Assembly (NCBI GenBank): GCA_000002435.2
Contig: CM018791.1
DNA from: Giardia intestinalis
Taxonomy: Eukaryota
DNA length: 64,000 nt
Reading direction: 5' to 3' (one strand)
The notes below the pieces were generated by a model. The model was not told where the DNA came from. It saw nothing but the letters and a program-made list of their open reading frames with translations, and ran no database searches. Positions 38,478-47,870 of this stretch are shown one piece after another. Position 1 is the stretch's first letter; the number at the start of each line of letters is the position of its first letter. The position numbers were made by a program, and so were the translations under genes.

Positions 38478-40907
38478 ATGGATCTTTCTGTTAAGCAACG
38501 CCTGAAGCTCTGCAAGGCAGAATTCGATGCTTGCTTTAGGCAGCTGCAATATGATAAGGCGTTACGCGCCATATGTCATGCAATAGAGATTACTCCAGAT
38601 GATGTAAGCTTATATCTTAATAGAGCACAGTGTTACACCCAAATGGGCTTAACCCAAAAGGCCACCGAAGATGCACTCTATGTAATTGCAGCAGAACCAA
38701 ACGATCACAGAGGATACCGCAGTAGAGCAGACGCACTCCTTTATCAGGGTGAATTTGAATTTTCACTCATTGACTATTATCATTGTATTGAAATGCGGCC
38801 TGATCTGGTAGACCACGAGACGGGCGTCAAGCGTTGCGAAGATGCAGTGAAAAAGGCAATTTTATATGATGACAAAGATATAGAACTCATTCTAGAACTG
38901 TTGGAGCTTGGGGTAATTGTTGAGGGCACCGTCTCTCATTCTTCGACTAAGGGGTTTTCCTTATGGACCCCGCCAGAACTTCCTGAAGAAGAGGATGTCG
39001 AGGGTTCACAATCTCTTGGCAATTTTCTGGCTCCATTAACCGACGAGAACCTTTCGAAAGATCTGCGGATACAGCAAAAACGCAAACCCGTAGACAACAT
39101 TATAGTGCAAAGGCCTAAAACAACTCGACCGAAGAGCAGCCGTCTGCCCTTCTTTGATTTAGGAGCAGATAAGGACTTTCTTCGCGAATTACAATCGTTT
39201 CCGTTAGTCAAGGATCTTGCCGCGATGGGTACTGAATACATTGACCAACGAGAGCAATACTGGGGTCAATTGGCCAAGAAGGGGTATAGCTCCGATCACA
39301 ACTCGCGCCGGCCTAACTCTGTCAAAGCACGGCCAAAGAAGGAATCAATTCCAACCTCATCTGAGCGCTCTCACTCAGCAAAAGTGCCTGATACACTTTC
39401 ATACAATCGGCGAAGACTCTTGGAAGCGACAAAGTCCGGATCTAACATCAAGAAATTAGTCCCCTACACCTCTAAAGCGGTCGAAATGGCGCATGGTTCC
39501 CCTGCTGCTTCTCCAAAGCGATCACGTAGTCCAGTGGCGAGTCAGGCACCTGAGTCATCATCAGGGGCGTCAGGATTACATTCACAGATTGCTGCAGCTG
39601 TTGCCATGAGTGCACGACTCCAAATGCTCCAGAATGCTCAGGGCCTTTCATTGGAAGAAGCGCCTCCCACAGATACCCGTGTCTCAGACTCTATTTCAAA
39701 CACAGATACCGATCAGTGTTTGTTTGACGAGCATATCGTACGAGCAGGAGCACACATTAAGCAGCGGAGTTCGTCTGAATCTACAAGGTCGACTTTAGAC
39801 ACAAAACCCCCCATCGATCCATATCTTCAGGTGACAAAGAAGGTTAACAAAAACACTCACCTCATGCATAATACGCCCAACCACAGACCTTCTACCTCTA
39901 AGGCCGCATCTGTAACGAAAAAGCCTTCGTCTGCATCGCGTCCACCCAAAACACGGAATAGAACAATAGAGCTGTCTGTTACCGACAAGCGTGATTACAT
40001 TGGAGGAGTCGCTGGATTGGCTGCAGAAACACGGTCTAGCAGCATCCGGTCCCAGGCCTTTTCAAGGTACATCCTCAACACCGTGACTGCCGAGGCCCTT
40101 GCCAGCAAGCGCTCAAAGGTCAACCCGGTGACCTTGGCCCAGGAGGCCCGTACCTTAGAGACTTGGATAGACGGAAAGCAGAGAGATGTCCTTGATGCGG
40201 TTCAAAACGGGCTTCTCTGCGACTCTATCAAGCTCTGTAAAGAGGTTTTGGAGCGTATATGCAAGGGAGACCGGGTGTCGAAGGCTCTTCAAGATCTTCC
40301 ACGTCGAAAAGCACAGTTTTACCTTTATATCGGGTGTACCTATTTTCTCTTAGACCAACGTCAGACTGACCACTCGCGGTCATGCCTTGCGAGTTTAAAG
40401 AACGCAGTCGACTATGCCAATCTGACGAAGGATTCGGTTCTGATACTGCAGTCTGTTCGTGAGCTTTCCAAGGCCATGCTTAATATGGGACAGGCCTTCA
40501 AGGCGATCGTGCCTCTTAAGAGCATTCTGCGACATTTTGAAGACATTCCACTGCTGGAGGCAGATACACTACTGTGCATTGGGAGGGCATACCATGACGG
40601 GGGTGACTATCTGAATGGGCTCACATACACCCACGAAGCTCTCGCTATCTATCAACGCCTCTACGTTAATGAAGACGAGCTCCCGATAGATTTTCCTGGC
40701 AAGCGGTGCAAGTATACTGTCTTCACAGAGCTGTCTCCGCGTCACAACTACTGCTTCTGCCTCTGTCTCATCGGCCGGTGCCACTTAGCCCAAAATGACA
40801 AAGCCCTAGCAAAGCAGTATCTTGAGCATTGCAAGAGCCTCGGAAAATTATGGAAAGACAGCACGGCATGGCACACGGCCACGGAGCTGCTCAGATTCAT
40901 TTATTAG
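38478..40907 (+). CDS. TPR-repeat protein.
   Basis: N-terminal TPR-like helices (AICHAIEITPDDVSLYLNRAQCYTQMGLTQKATEDALYVIAAEPNDHRGYRSRADALLYQGEFEFSLIDYYHCIEMRPD) and further TPR-like units at the C-terminus. The track start 38313 is an ATG directly after the upstream TGA. A strongly AT-rich initiator (GATTTTAAAAAGTCCAAAATTCCGATG) favours a start at 38478. Confidence 0.6.
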   Translation: MDLSVKQRLKLCKAEFDACFRQLQYDKALRAICHAIEITPDDVSLYLNRAQCYTQMGLTQKATEDALYVIAAEPNDHRGYRSRADALLYQGEFEFSLIDYYHCIEMRPDLVDHETGVKRCEDAVKKAILYDDKDIELILELLELGVIVEGTVSHSSTKGFSLWTPPELPEEEDVEGSQSLGNFLAPLTDENLSKDLRIQQKRKPVDNIIVQRPKTTRPKSSRLPFFDLGADKDFLRELQSFPLVKDLAAMGTEYIDQREQYWGQLAKKGYSSDHNSRRPNSVKARPKKESIPTSSERSHSAKVPDTLSYNRRRLLEATKSGSNIKKLVPYTSKAVEMAHGSPAASPKRSRSPVASQAPESSSGASGLHSQIAAAVAMSARLQMLQNAQGLSLEEAPPTDTRVSDSISNTDTDQCLFDEHIVRAGAHIKQRSSSESTRSTLDTKPPIDPYLQVTKKVNKNTHLMHNTPNHRPSTSKAASVTKKPSSASRPPKTRNRTIELSVTDKRDYIGGVAGLAAETRSSSIRSQAFSRYILNTVTAEALASKRSKVNPVTLAQEARTLETWIDGKQRDVLDAVQNGLLCDSIKLCKEVLERICKGDRVSKALQDLPRRKAQFYLYIGCTYFLLDQRQTDHSRSCLASLKNAVDYANLTKDSVLILQSVRELSKAMLNMGQAFKAIVPLKSILRHFEDIPLLEADTLLCIGRAYHDGGDYLNGLTYTHEALAIYQRLYVNEDELPIDFPGKRCKYTVFTELSPRHNYCFCLCLIGRCHLAQNDKALAKQYLEHCKSLGKLWKDSTAWHTATELLRFIY

Positions 40908-41045
40908 TTAAACTTCCTCTGCCTGTAAGATATACCAATTACCAAAGGCCACTTAAATTCCTATCTTAATATCTGTAGTTATAAAATTTTAACAGACTTC
41001 TGTAAGATTTAGCACGTTGCATGAACAGAAATCCCAAAAAAGTAA

Positions 41046-44000
41046 ATGAAGCGAGACAAGCTTCTTTTAAATGGCAAGTATAGCATCAATGTTAAAACTA
41101 ACGGGGAGCGGACGTACAAAGCGCTATGTAATATTGATGGCATAGTACCTGCAATAAAGATTTACCGGCTTTCGGACGTCTCGAAGAGCTCAGTCGACTT
41201 TGACCAAAAGGAGATAGACACTGCTGCACGGAGCCTCCTACAACCAAACTTAGTTAAATATATCGAAGCATTTGCGGACAAGGAGTATTTCTACGTTGTT
41301 ATGGAATTTGTGCCTAACAGCTTAGACCAGATTATTGCTCACCAGCGAAGTACAGAACATCTTGCTGCGCTCTATGTGACCCAGATTGTCAAGGGCTTAA
41401 TTTTCATTCACTATAACGGCTATACTCATAAGCGAATCACACCAGAACATATATTAATCACAAATGACGGATTTGTCAAAATTAGTGACTTTGTCCTCCA
41501 AAACGCATACTTTGCAGATGGTGACAAGGATGTTCGTGACATGGCACCAGAGGAAATACTGCTTCTAGGCAGGACAACGGCCGTTGACATCTGGAACCTT
41601 GGACTCCTCCTGTTCAACTGTCTAGCACGGGAACACTTTTTCAAGAATATGGCAGATCAAGAAATAATAAGATTGTTCCAGTCTACTAATGCACAGAACA
41701 CGATCAATGAGCTTGTCACTTTTCGCCTTGCCGAATGCAATTTAAACGTGTCCCAAGCGTGCAAAGAATTCATACTTGCTTGCTTATCCATAGATTACAC
41801 CTTCAGACCATCTGCACAGAGCCTTCTGCAGGCTTCATTCTTAAAGCAAACTAACACTGAGATTGTGTGTGGGAAAACAGGTGCGTCTACGTTGAATCAA
41901 AACCAAATAGATGAGATACAAGCTCTTAATGACGTGAGTGCAGGACTAACAACGTTGACAAGCCAGATTCCAGACAAAGGACACGCAGCCACTAACATCC
42001 AATCCACACTGAATCATGTAGTCACTAAATCAGCAAAGCAATTAACCACTATACCTCCCCCTACTCCTCCATATTCTAATTTTTCGCGGGCTCAAGAGAC
42101 TGAGGGGGACTCGAAGACGATTAGCAGTGGCTTTAATAAACAAGACCAAGAGATTCTTCGTCGTGCCATCCTAAATATCCCATCTGCTTCAGAAGAGTGT
42201 AGAAATTCCTATGCCATCTCTGCAGGAGACGCCGCCACACTTGCAGCTATGCGAAGTCCTGAAAAGGCCATCAATACGTTTACCTGCATTCCTGCAACTG
42301 CAAACTTCCCCATGCCTGATGATGCTCCGAATAATAAGCAAAAGTTAAGAGCAAAAAGCATCGAGGCAGGAGCTAAGCAAGGGAAGAAGCTGAAACACCG
42401 TGTGGAAAATAAGCTGGAGTGTGTAGACAATCAGCTGGACGATTCATCATTTGATCTTCAGGACGTGAAGATCATAGGAAAATTAGAAGTCAAAAGATAT
42501 GAGGACAGCACCACCGGCGACAACTTTAGTGACGTGATTGAAAATGATCCCGCTGTCGATAAAGGGCACCACCTGGGAGGTTCTGTTGCTGATCATATTC
42601 AGAGCAAACCCCGCCTCATTCAAACAAATTCAGCAGTATCTTCATCTAACTTAAACCCACAAAAGAAAAATCAGACAAAAACTCAACGAACAGCATCAAA
42701 GCCGGCAAGAAACCATGCGCTCAGTGCAGGGGATGACTTAATTTATGATGCAGCGGCAGCAGATAAGCATTCTGAGAAAATACATCCTAAAACTCGGAAG
42801 ACGCAGCGCGCCATGTCTACCGTAACAACTAGAGCAATAGCAAAGCAGCCGACATACCAGAATGCATATTCGCGAAATGCAGGAGCAGCCGCCGGTACTG
42901 CTCGACAAGATCCCTGTTACACCACCCTTGCCACTGGATGGGCAAAGAGAGAGATGAATACCAAATCCAAGAGGAACTTCCCTGAGCAGAGTTTGTTGAC
43001 CACTACAAAGGATCCCGTGTTCCCCATAGCTCAGACAGCTCTCAAAAGAACTACCTGTCCGCTATCACTAGATACACTAGACGATCACTGGAACTCTAAC
43101 TCCTATTCTTCCGACGACAACATTTTGAAAAATAGTTCGCTTAAGCACACAAATTGCCCCTATCGAGCTCCAGATGGGAACAACTCCTGTTCAGAAATAA
43201 GTTGTACCGACATGGTTAATCCTCTTTCTTCGAAGTCTCACCATAAGTCCATCTTTGGTGACGAACGTTCAAAGGATCATTCAGATAAGCTCATAGCTAG
43301 CTTAAGTATTGAGAATAATGCACAAGGACCTGAAAATCTGGATATGTTTGTAGATAAATCCCAGAAATCTGGCACTAAAAAGGTTTCACTAACTCGGTCG
43401 GATTTTCCTAAGGACTCTCTTCATACCGCACCTATTTCTCCAGAGTCCCCTCAAGAAATAAAGACCTATGTGGACAATGATATTAATGAAGCGTACACTT
43501 TCTCCACTGTGTCTGCAGAACCCGTCCAGCCATTTGTCTTGCACTTTGGAGGCTCTCCAGCTGCTACATCTAGATTATGTACTGTGACTAATCTCGACAA
43601 AAGGTCCTCGAGGCAGGAGAATTGCCAAAACGATGACCCTTCTATCAACCTTGATACCATTGCACTTCCACAGGATCAGGATATTATGTCATTGATGCAT
43701 AAGCGCCAGCTTATGTTGCAGCAGATGGATCCTCACATGGACGATACTAGCAGCGCATTTAGTAGTGGAACTAGCATGGCAAATTTAGAGAAGAAGGCTG
43801 CTGTCATAGAATCTGGCAAAGACACGCCTAAATCTGGTGCAGCATCGCCGTCCCGTCTAGTGTATCAGCAAAAGAATTCCTCAGCCGACAATATCGCCAA
43901 TAATCATCTCGGTTTGGCTAAGGATGTACTTGCAAATCAGCAGAAGCGTCAGTGCACGGACCCCTCCAGCCTATCTGCTAGCACTGATATGCTTACCCAG

Positions 44001-46172
44001 AAATCGCACAATGGCTTCTACGAAGAAAACTCTGCACTGAACAGGTTTGAAGAGAAGATGACGGACACCAGCTCCACATATGATGAGTACGACGACTATG
44101 AAGGGCTGGAAAACCATGAGGCCGCGCTCTTCATCATGACAACCGACAAGACAGATGTGGAAGAGCTACGTGAGATCCTGACAAACTACAAGATCAACAA
44201 TAAGATATCTGTCTCTTCAGTTGAACAGGTTAGAAAGTTGATTTGTTCTTCTAAGCGGTGCTTGGCGTACGTCAGGGACAACTTTTCCGTTAACTTTTGG
44301 TTTGTCAAGTTTAAGCAGTTAGTGGACACGGGAAAGGAGGAAGCCATTTTGGTCCTTATCCTCATCTCCACTATTGCCAGGCTTGACTTTCCATTCTGTA
44401 GAGATATCTTTTTGATGGGCCTCATTCCACTTGCTAATAGATTGTACAGTACGTATAGCACAATCAATGAGTTCCTAGATAGATGGATACTCCCGCTTTT
44501 AGTGAAGCTTATCTCAGAATATGAAGAGGACAGTGCTATTCTTCAACAGCGCGCTAATCACAAAACTGACATGCCAACTGACATGGCTCCTTTAACTGGC
44601 AAGCAGCAAACCTGTGGCTCACAGCCTTCTGAAGTAAAAAGTAAAGAAGCAGGGAGAAGGAGCACAACCACCAAAGGAAACAGCTATGCTGTGATGCGGA
44701 TTTTTGAATCCATGATCGTCACCCACACTATGTCGTTCATTTTACGATTTTTATTTTCTCCTATTCAGACTGGACACCAGAGCAAGAATTCTTTCATTCC
44801 TACTTCTACAGCATGTGACTCTCTCTCGCTAATAATGGGCAAAATATCTGACCCTTCACATAAGGCCATCGAGCCGCATGAGCTTGCATACAATATTCTT
44901 CTCATTCTGTTTCAGAGCAAAACCATTTTCAAGTCGGAAATCCTCTGTGAGATAACTAGTCCGGACTCTCCTTTATTACATACCTTGATGGAGCACGTTG
45001 ACAAGTCCATTGTGTATGTTTTTCTGCTACAAGACCTTCTATTCATAGAAGCAATGCGAGAGACCGTCTTAGCGCTTCTTCCGAGACTATTTAAGAAGCT
45101 CCAAAAGATGATGGATGCATATGAACTCATGTACACCGCCGCTTCACATGACGAGGATGACTACGATCTATCTGCATCCTTGCATATTGACTTCTCGACC
45201 TTTGCTGCTGGGATACGTACGCATAACACCAATGTTGCCAACATCATAGCTATCGGGTCTATCACAACATTAGAACCCGATAGCCTGCGCTACAATCTTA
45301 CCATTCTGTTGACCGCGATCACCAACTTGCTAATTAGTCTTAGCAAGCTTGTAGCCGAGCCCTACTTTTCAGAACCTTTTAAGGATCACATAGACGTATT
45401 TGTTCAGGTCCTTAGCAAGAGTTCAGACTATGGAAATGCTGTTCCTTATGCCCTTTCATCTTTGCACTCGCTTTTCCGGCTCAATCTGGACTATATCGTC
45501 AACTTTCCAAGAATAAAGCACATCATGACCAACATAGGAACAATCCTCAACTGTAAAGAAGCAGCAAATATATATTCACTTCAGTTTGCAATACCATTGG
45601 CATTAACAATCACTAGAACAATCAACCCAAATAAATTCGCAGACAAGGAAATTAAGCATGTTTTAATAAAGGAGATCAAGGAAAACTTCTTGCTAGCATT
45701 TCTAGACTTGATTGAGAATAGCTCCGTGTGGAGAAAGCAGTGCCTAGATGCCCTGGCCCACATTTTATCCTACACAAATGAACTAGAGTCCACAATATGC
45801 CGCGATTTCAGACTCTCGTTAAGCAGTTCTGATTATAAGGAGACCCTTCCTTCAATCCTGACCTCCCTTCTATCGCTAAGCGAGAATAGCTCCACGATTC
45901 GCTCTTACCTGGCTAATCATAAAGAACTCGCAGCAGGGGTCACCTATGTACTCAAGCATACTTCTAAGGATAACGTGAACTCCAAGGTTGTTGCACTCAA
46001 GCTCTGCCTAAAGTTCAGCTTAAATTGCAAGGAGTACTTCGTAAATACCTACAAGAGCGTTCTCTCCATGCTGCCACAGTTCTGCGACATGAACACAGAT
46101 CAGTTCGTTATCGGAGCCAGCATCAGTAAGCAGATTCTGGATGCTCTAAAGCTAAACAGCAGTAACAATTAG
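41046..46172 (+). CDS. Large kinase-fold protein (1,708 aa): an N-terminal degenerate Nek-like kinase domain plus a ~1,400-aa C-terminal region with helical-repeat (ARM/HEAT-like) character.
   Basis: Kinase subdomains are recognisable (PAIKIYRL, YVVMEFVPN, HKRITPEHILI, KISDFV, MAPEE, DIWNLGLLLFN). The catalytic HRD Asp is replaced (HKR) and DFG becomes DFV. ATG at 41046 after AAAAAAGTAAATG. Confidence 0.65.
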   Translation: MKRDKLLLNGKYSINVKTNGERTYKALCNIDGIVPAIKIYRLSDVSKSSVDFDQKEIDTAARSLLQPNLVKYIEAFADKEYFYVVMEFVPNSLDQIIAHQRSTEHLAALYVTQIVKGLIFIHYNGYTHKRITPEHILITNDGFVKISDFVLQNAYFADGDKDVRDMAPEEILLLGRTTAVDIWNLGLLLFNCLAREHFFKNMADQEIIRLFQSTNAQNTINELVTFRLAECNLNVSQACKEFILACLSIDYTFRPSAQSLLQASFLKQTNTEIVCGKTGASTLNQNQIDEIQALNDVSAGLTTLTSQIPDKGHAATNIQSTLNHVVTKSAKQLTTIPPPTPPYSNFSRAQETEGDSKTISSGFNKQDQEILRRAILNIPSASEECRNSYAISAGDAATLAAMRSPEKAINTFTCIPATANFPMPDDAPNNKQKLRAKSIEAGAKQGKKLKHRVENKLECVDNQLDDSSFDLQDVKIIGKLEVKRYEDSTTGDNFSDVIENDPAVDKGHHLGGSVADHIQSKPRLIQTNSAVSSSNLNPQKKNQTKTQRTASKPARNHALSAGDDLIYDAAAADKHSEKIHPKTRKTQRAMSTVTTRAIAKQPTYQNAYSRNAGAAAGTARQDPCYTTLATGWAKREMNTKSKRNFPEQSLLTTTKDPVFPIAQTALKRTTCPLSLDTLDDHWNSNSYSSDDNILKNSSLKHTNCPYRAPDGNNSCSEISCTDMVNPLSSKSHHKSIFGDERSKDHSDKLIASLSIENNAQGPENLDMFVDKSQKSGTKKVSLTRSDFPKDSLHTAPISPESPQEIKTYVDNDINEAYTFSTVSAEPVQPFVLHFGGSPAATSRLCTVTNLDKRSSRQENCQNDDPSINLDTIALPQDQDIMSLMHKRQLMLQQMDPHMDDTSSAFSSGTSMANLEKKAAVIESGKDTPKSGAASPSRLVYQQKNSSADNIANNHLGLAKDVLANQQKRQCTDPSSLSASTDMLTQKSHNGFYEENSALNRFEEKMTDTSSTYDEYDDYEGLENHEAALFIMTTDKTDVEELREILTNYKINNKISVSSVEQVRKLICSSKRCLAYVRDNFSVNFWFVKFKQLVDTGKEEAILVLILISTIARLDFPFCRDIFLMGLIPLANRLYSTYSTINEFLDRWILPLLVKLISEYEEDSAILQQRANHKTDMPTDMAPLTGKQQTCGSQPSEVKSKEAGRRSTTTKGNSYAVMRIFESMIVTHTMSFILRFLFSPIQTGHQSKNSFIPTSTACDSLSLIMGKISDPSHKAIEPHELAYNILLILFQSKTIFKSEILCEITSPDSPLLHTLMEHVDKSIVYVFLLQDLLFIEAMRETVLALLPRLFKKLQKMMDAYELMYTAASHDEDDYDLSASLHIDFSTFAAGIRTHNTNVANIIAIGSITTLEPDSLRYNLTILLTAITNLLISLSKLVAEPYFSEPFKDHIDVFVQVLSKSSDYGNAVPYALSSLHSLFRLNLDYIVNFPRIKHIMTNIGTILNCKEAANIYSLQFAIPLALTITRTINPNKFADKEIKHVLIKEIKENFLLAFLDLIENSSVWRKQCLDALAHILSYTNELESTICRDFRLSLSSSDYKETLPSILTSLLSLSENSSTIRSYLANHKELAAGVTYVLKHTSKDNVNSKVVALKLCLKFSLNCKEYFVNTYKSVLSMLPQFCDMNTDQFVIGASISKQILDALKLNSSNN

Positions 46173-46297
46173 TTTATTGTTCGCTCGGCATTGGAGTCTT
46201 GAAGGAATACGGGGCTTACCACCGAAAGCCGAGACTAGAGAGATTAAAATGTCCAGAGGGCTTTTAGGTGAGTAGCGTGATCATAGAGCGTAGACAC

Positions 46298-47461
46298 TTA
46301 TCTTTTCCCAGCTGAAGGCATAATCCTAAACCAGAAATCTGCATGGAGCTCTGCTTCCTCTGGCAGATCAGTAACAAAGACACAGTTATTGATAGCATCT
46401 GTACCATACACGGCACGAACGCTCTCTGGAGCAAGATATGTGGCAATCTTAGGTTCAAACGGTCCTGCAAACGCACGAAGCGTCTCCACCATGTTGACTT
46501 CTTCTGGGGGTCTATGGGTAGCTACCTCGAGCGCAATGCAGGGGCCTGTACTGAATACGTCTATGTACTCGCTCCATCGCGGTATAACCCCTTGGTATGC
46601 TGCCATCACCTCGGCAAGATCGTTTGCTGTAGGGATGCACGTGTTGATGCCGGTAATATAAATGTCCGGCGATATCTTGCTGATGTAATTAACCAAGCCA
46701 ACAAGGATATGACCAACATAGTCCTTGAACTTGGGTTGGATTAGCATGACCGAGTTATTTCTGCAGCCAATTGCGGCGACAGGACATAGCCTGAATACAA
46801 TGCCTAGCTCTCTGTCTGCGTCTCCCTTGCTTGCACTCCCGTGGAACGCGTTGCTGGTAACGTCAACACCATATTTTGCGCGCAAGTGCTTCGATGGATC
46901 GCACTTGGATGGATCCGTGGGCCCTATTATATCTCTCCAGGCCAATATAGCGTTTGGGCCTATCAGCTCAATCACACATGCAGGTCCCGCCATGACCATC
47001 GCAGCTAAGTTAGGGAAAAAGGCCTTTCCTATATGTTCTTCGTAAAACGCGTTCACATCGTTCTCCGAGAAGCGTACCATACGTATTCTGCTGATCCTGA
47101 GATTGCGTTGCATTGCTGAGATGATCGCGTCAGCAATAATGATCGGGCTCTCAGCCACCGCGTGAGGCTTCACGATCGCACACGTGGCTTCCTTTTCTGC
47201 GGAGAGGGCATTGCACGTAAAGTCATTTGCATAGCCCACAATCTTGAGCTGGCGTGAGTAGATGGTAACCGTACCACCTACGTGACAGTCTGCGAAGTTG
47301 AACTCCGGATACTGACATTTCTTAAGAAACACCCTCTTGGTAGCGACCTCGTACATGTCTATCTCCCTCGTGTCTGGGTAGTATGAGAGGATATAAGGCC
47401 TGTCTTGGTCAGCAATACGGTCGTACCATAGCACGTTGAAGCTGTAACGAGTGGTATCCAT
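46298..47461 (-). CDS. NME7-like nucleoside diphosphate kinase: DM10 domain plus two NDK domains (axoneme/basal-body type).
   Basis: DM10 region YSFNVLWYDRIADQDRPYILSYYPDTREIDMYEV...IYSRQLKIVGYANDFT. NDK-A has AIVKPHAV and NAFHGSAS (catalytic His). NDK-B has NCVFVTDLPEE, with Phe in place of the catalytic His. ATG at 47461 (the track 47464 is a TTG). Confidence 0.8.
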   Translation of the reverse strand: MDTTRYSFNVLWYDRIADQDRPYILSYYPDTREIDMYEVATKRVFLKKCQYPEFNFADCHVGGTVTIYSRQLKIVGYANDFTCNALSAEKEATCAIVKPHAVAESPIIIADAIISAMQRNLRISRIRMVRFSENDVNAFYEEHIGKAFFPNLAAMVMAGPACVIELIGPNAILAWRDIIGPTDPSKCDPSKHLRAKYGVDVTSNAFHGSASKGDADRELGIVFRLCPVAAIGCRNNSVMLIQPKFKDYVGHILVGLVNYISKISPDIYITGINTCIPTANDLAEVMAAYQGVIPRWSEYIDVFSTGPCIALEVATHRPPEEVNMVETLRAFAGPFEPKIATYLAPESVRAVYGTDAINNCVFVTDLPEEAELHADFWFRIMPSAGKR

Positions 47462-47570
47462 CAAATTTTAGGATAAATTTATTAACACAAAATGTCACCA
47501 TTACCTATGGCCTCCGCGATTGCCAGCCCGATAGACTGTTATATAAAACTGAGGTAGTACATCCTTGTGC

Positions 47571-47870
47571 TTATATTTTAAAAGGTGAGGAGGCCGTTGA
47601 TGCTGCAGCTGAGTGTTTAGATACCACTGAAGCGAAAACAGATCTATCACCTAGGGTCCACTGGCCCATGTGCACACTCCTTGGGCTGGGGACCCAAGGC
47701 TTTGTTGCTTGCTTTGCTCTGTGGGCATTTTTGAGTGCCTGGTTAACTTTATGGTACTCTGCGGAGGATCGCATTTCAGTTATCGTATCGAGATCTGAAA
47801 GGTGAAGAAGGTTTAATGGATAGGAGATGTTTGGCAGAGCCTTTTGACGAATGGTAGCAGAGGAATCCAT
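47571..47870 (-). CDS. Possible small protein (99 aa), unassigned.
   Basis: True ATG at 47870 with an AT-rich leader (CATAAAATTATCTCTG...). No similarity recognised. It sits inside an otherwise ORF-poor region. Confidence 0.2.
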   Translation of the reverse strand: MDSSATIRQKALPNISYPLNLLHLSDLDTITEMRSSAEYHKVNQALKNAHRAKQATKPWVPSPRSVHMGQWTLGDRSVFASVVSKHSAAASTASSPFKI

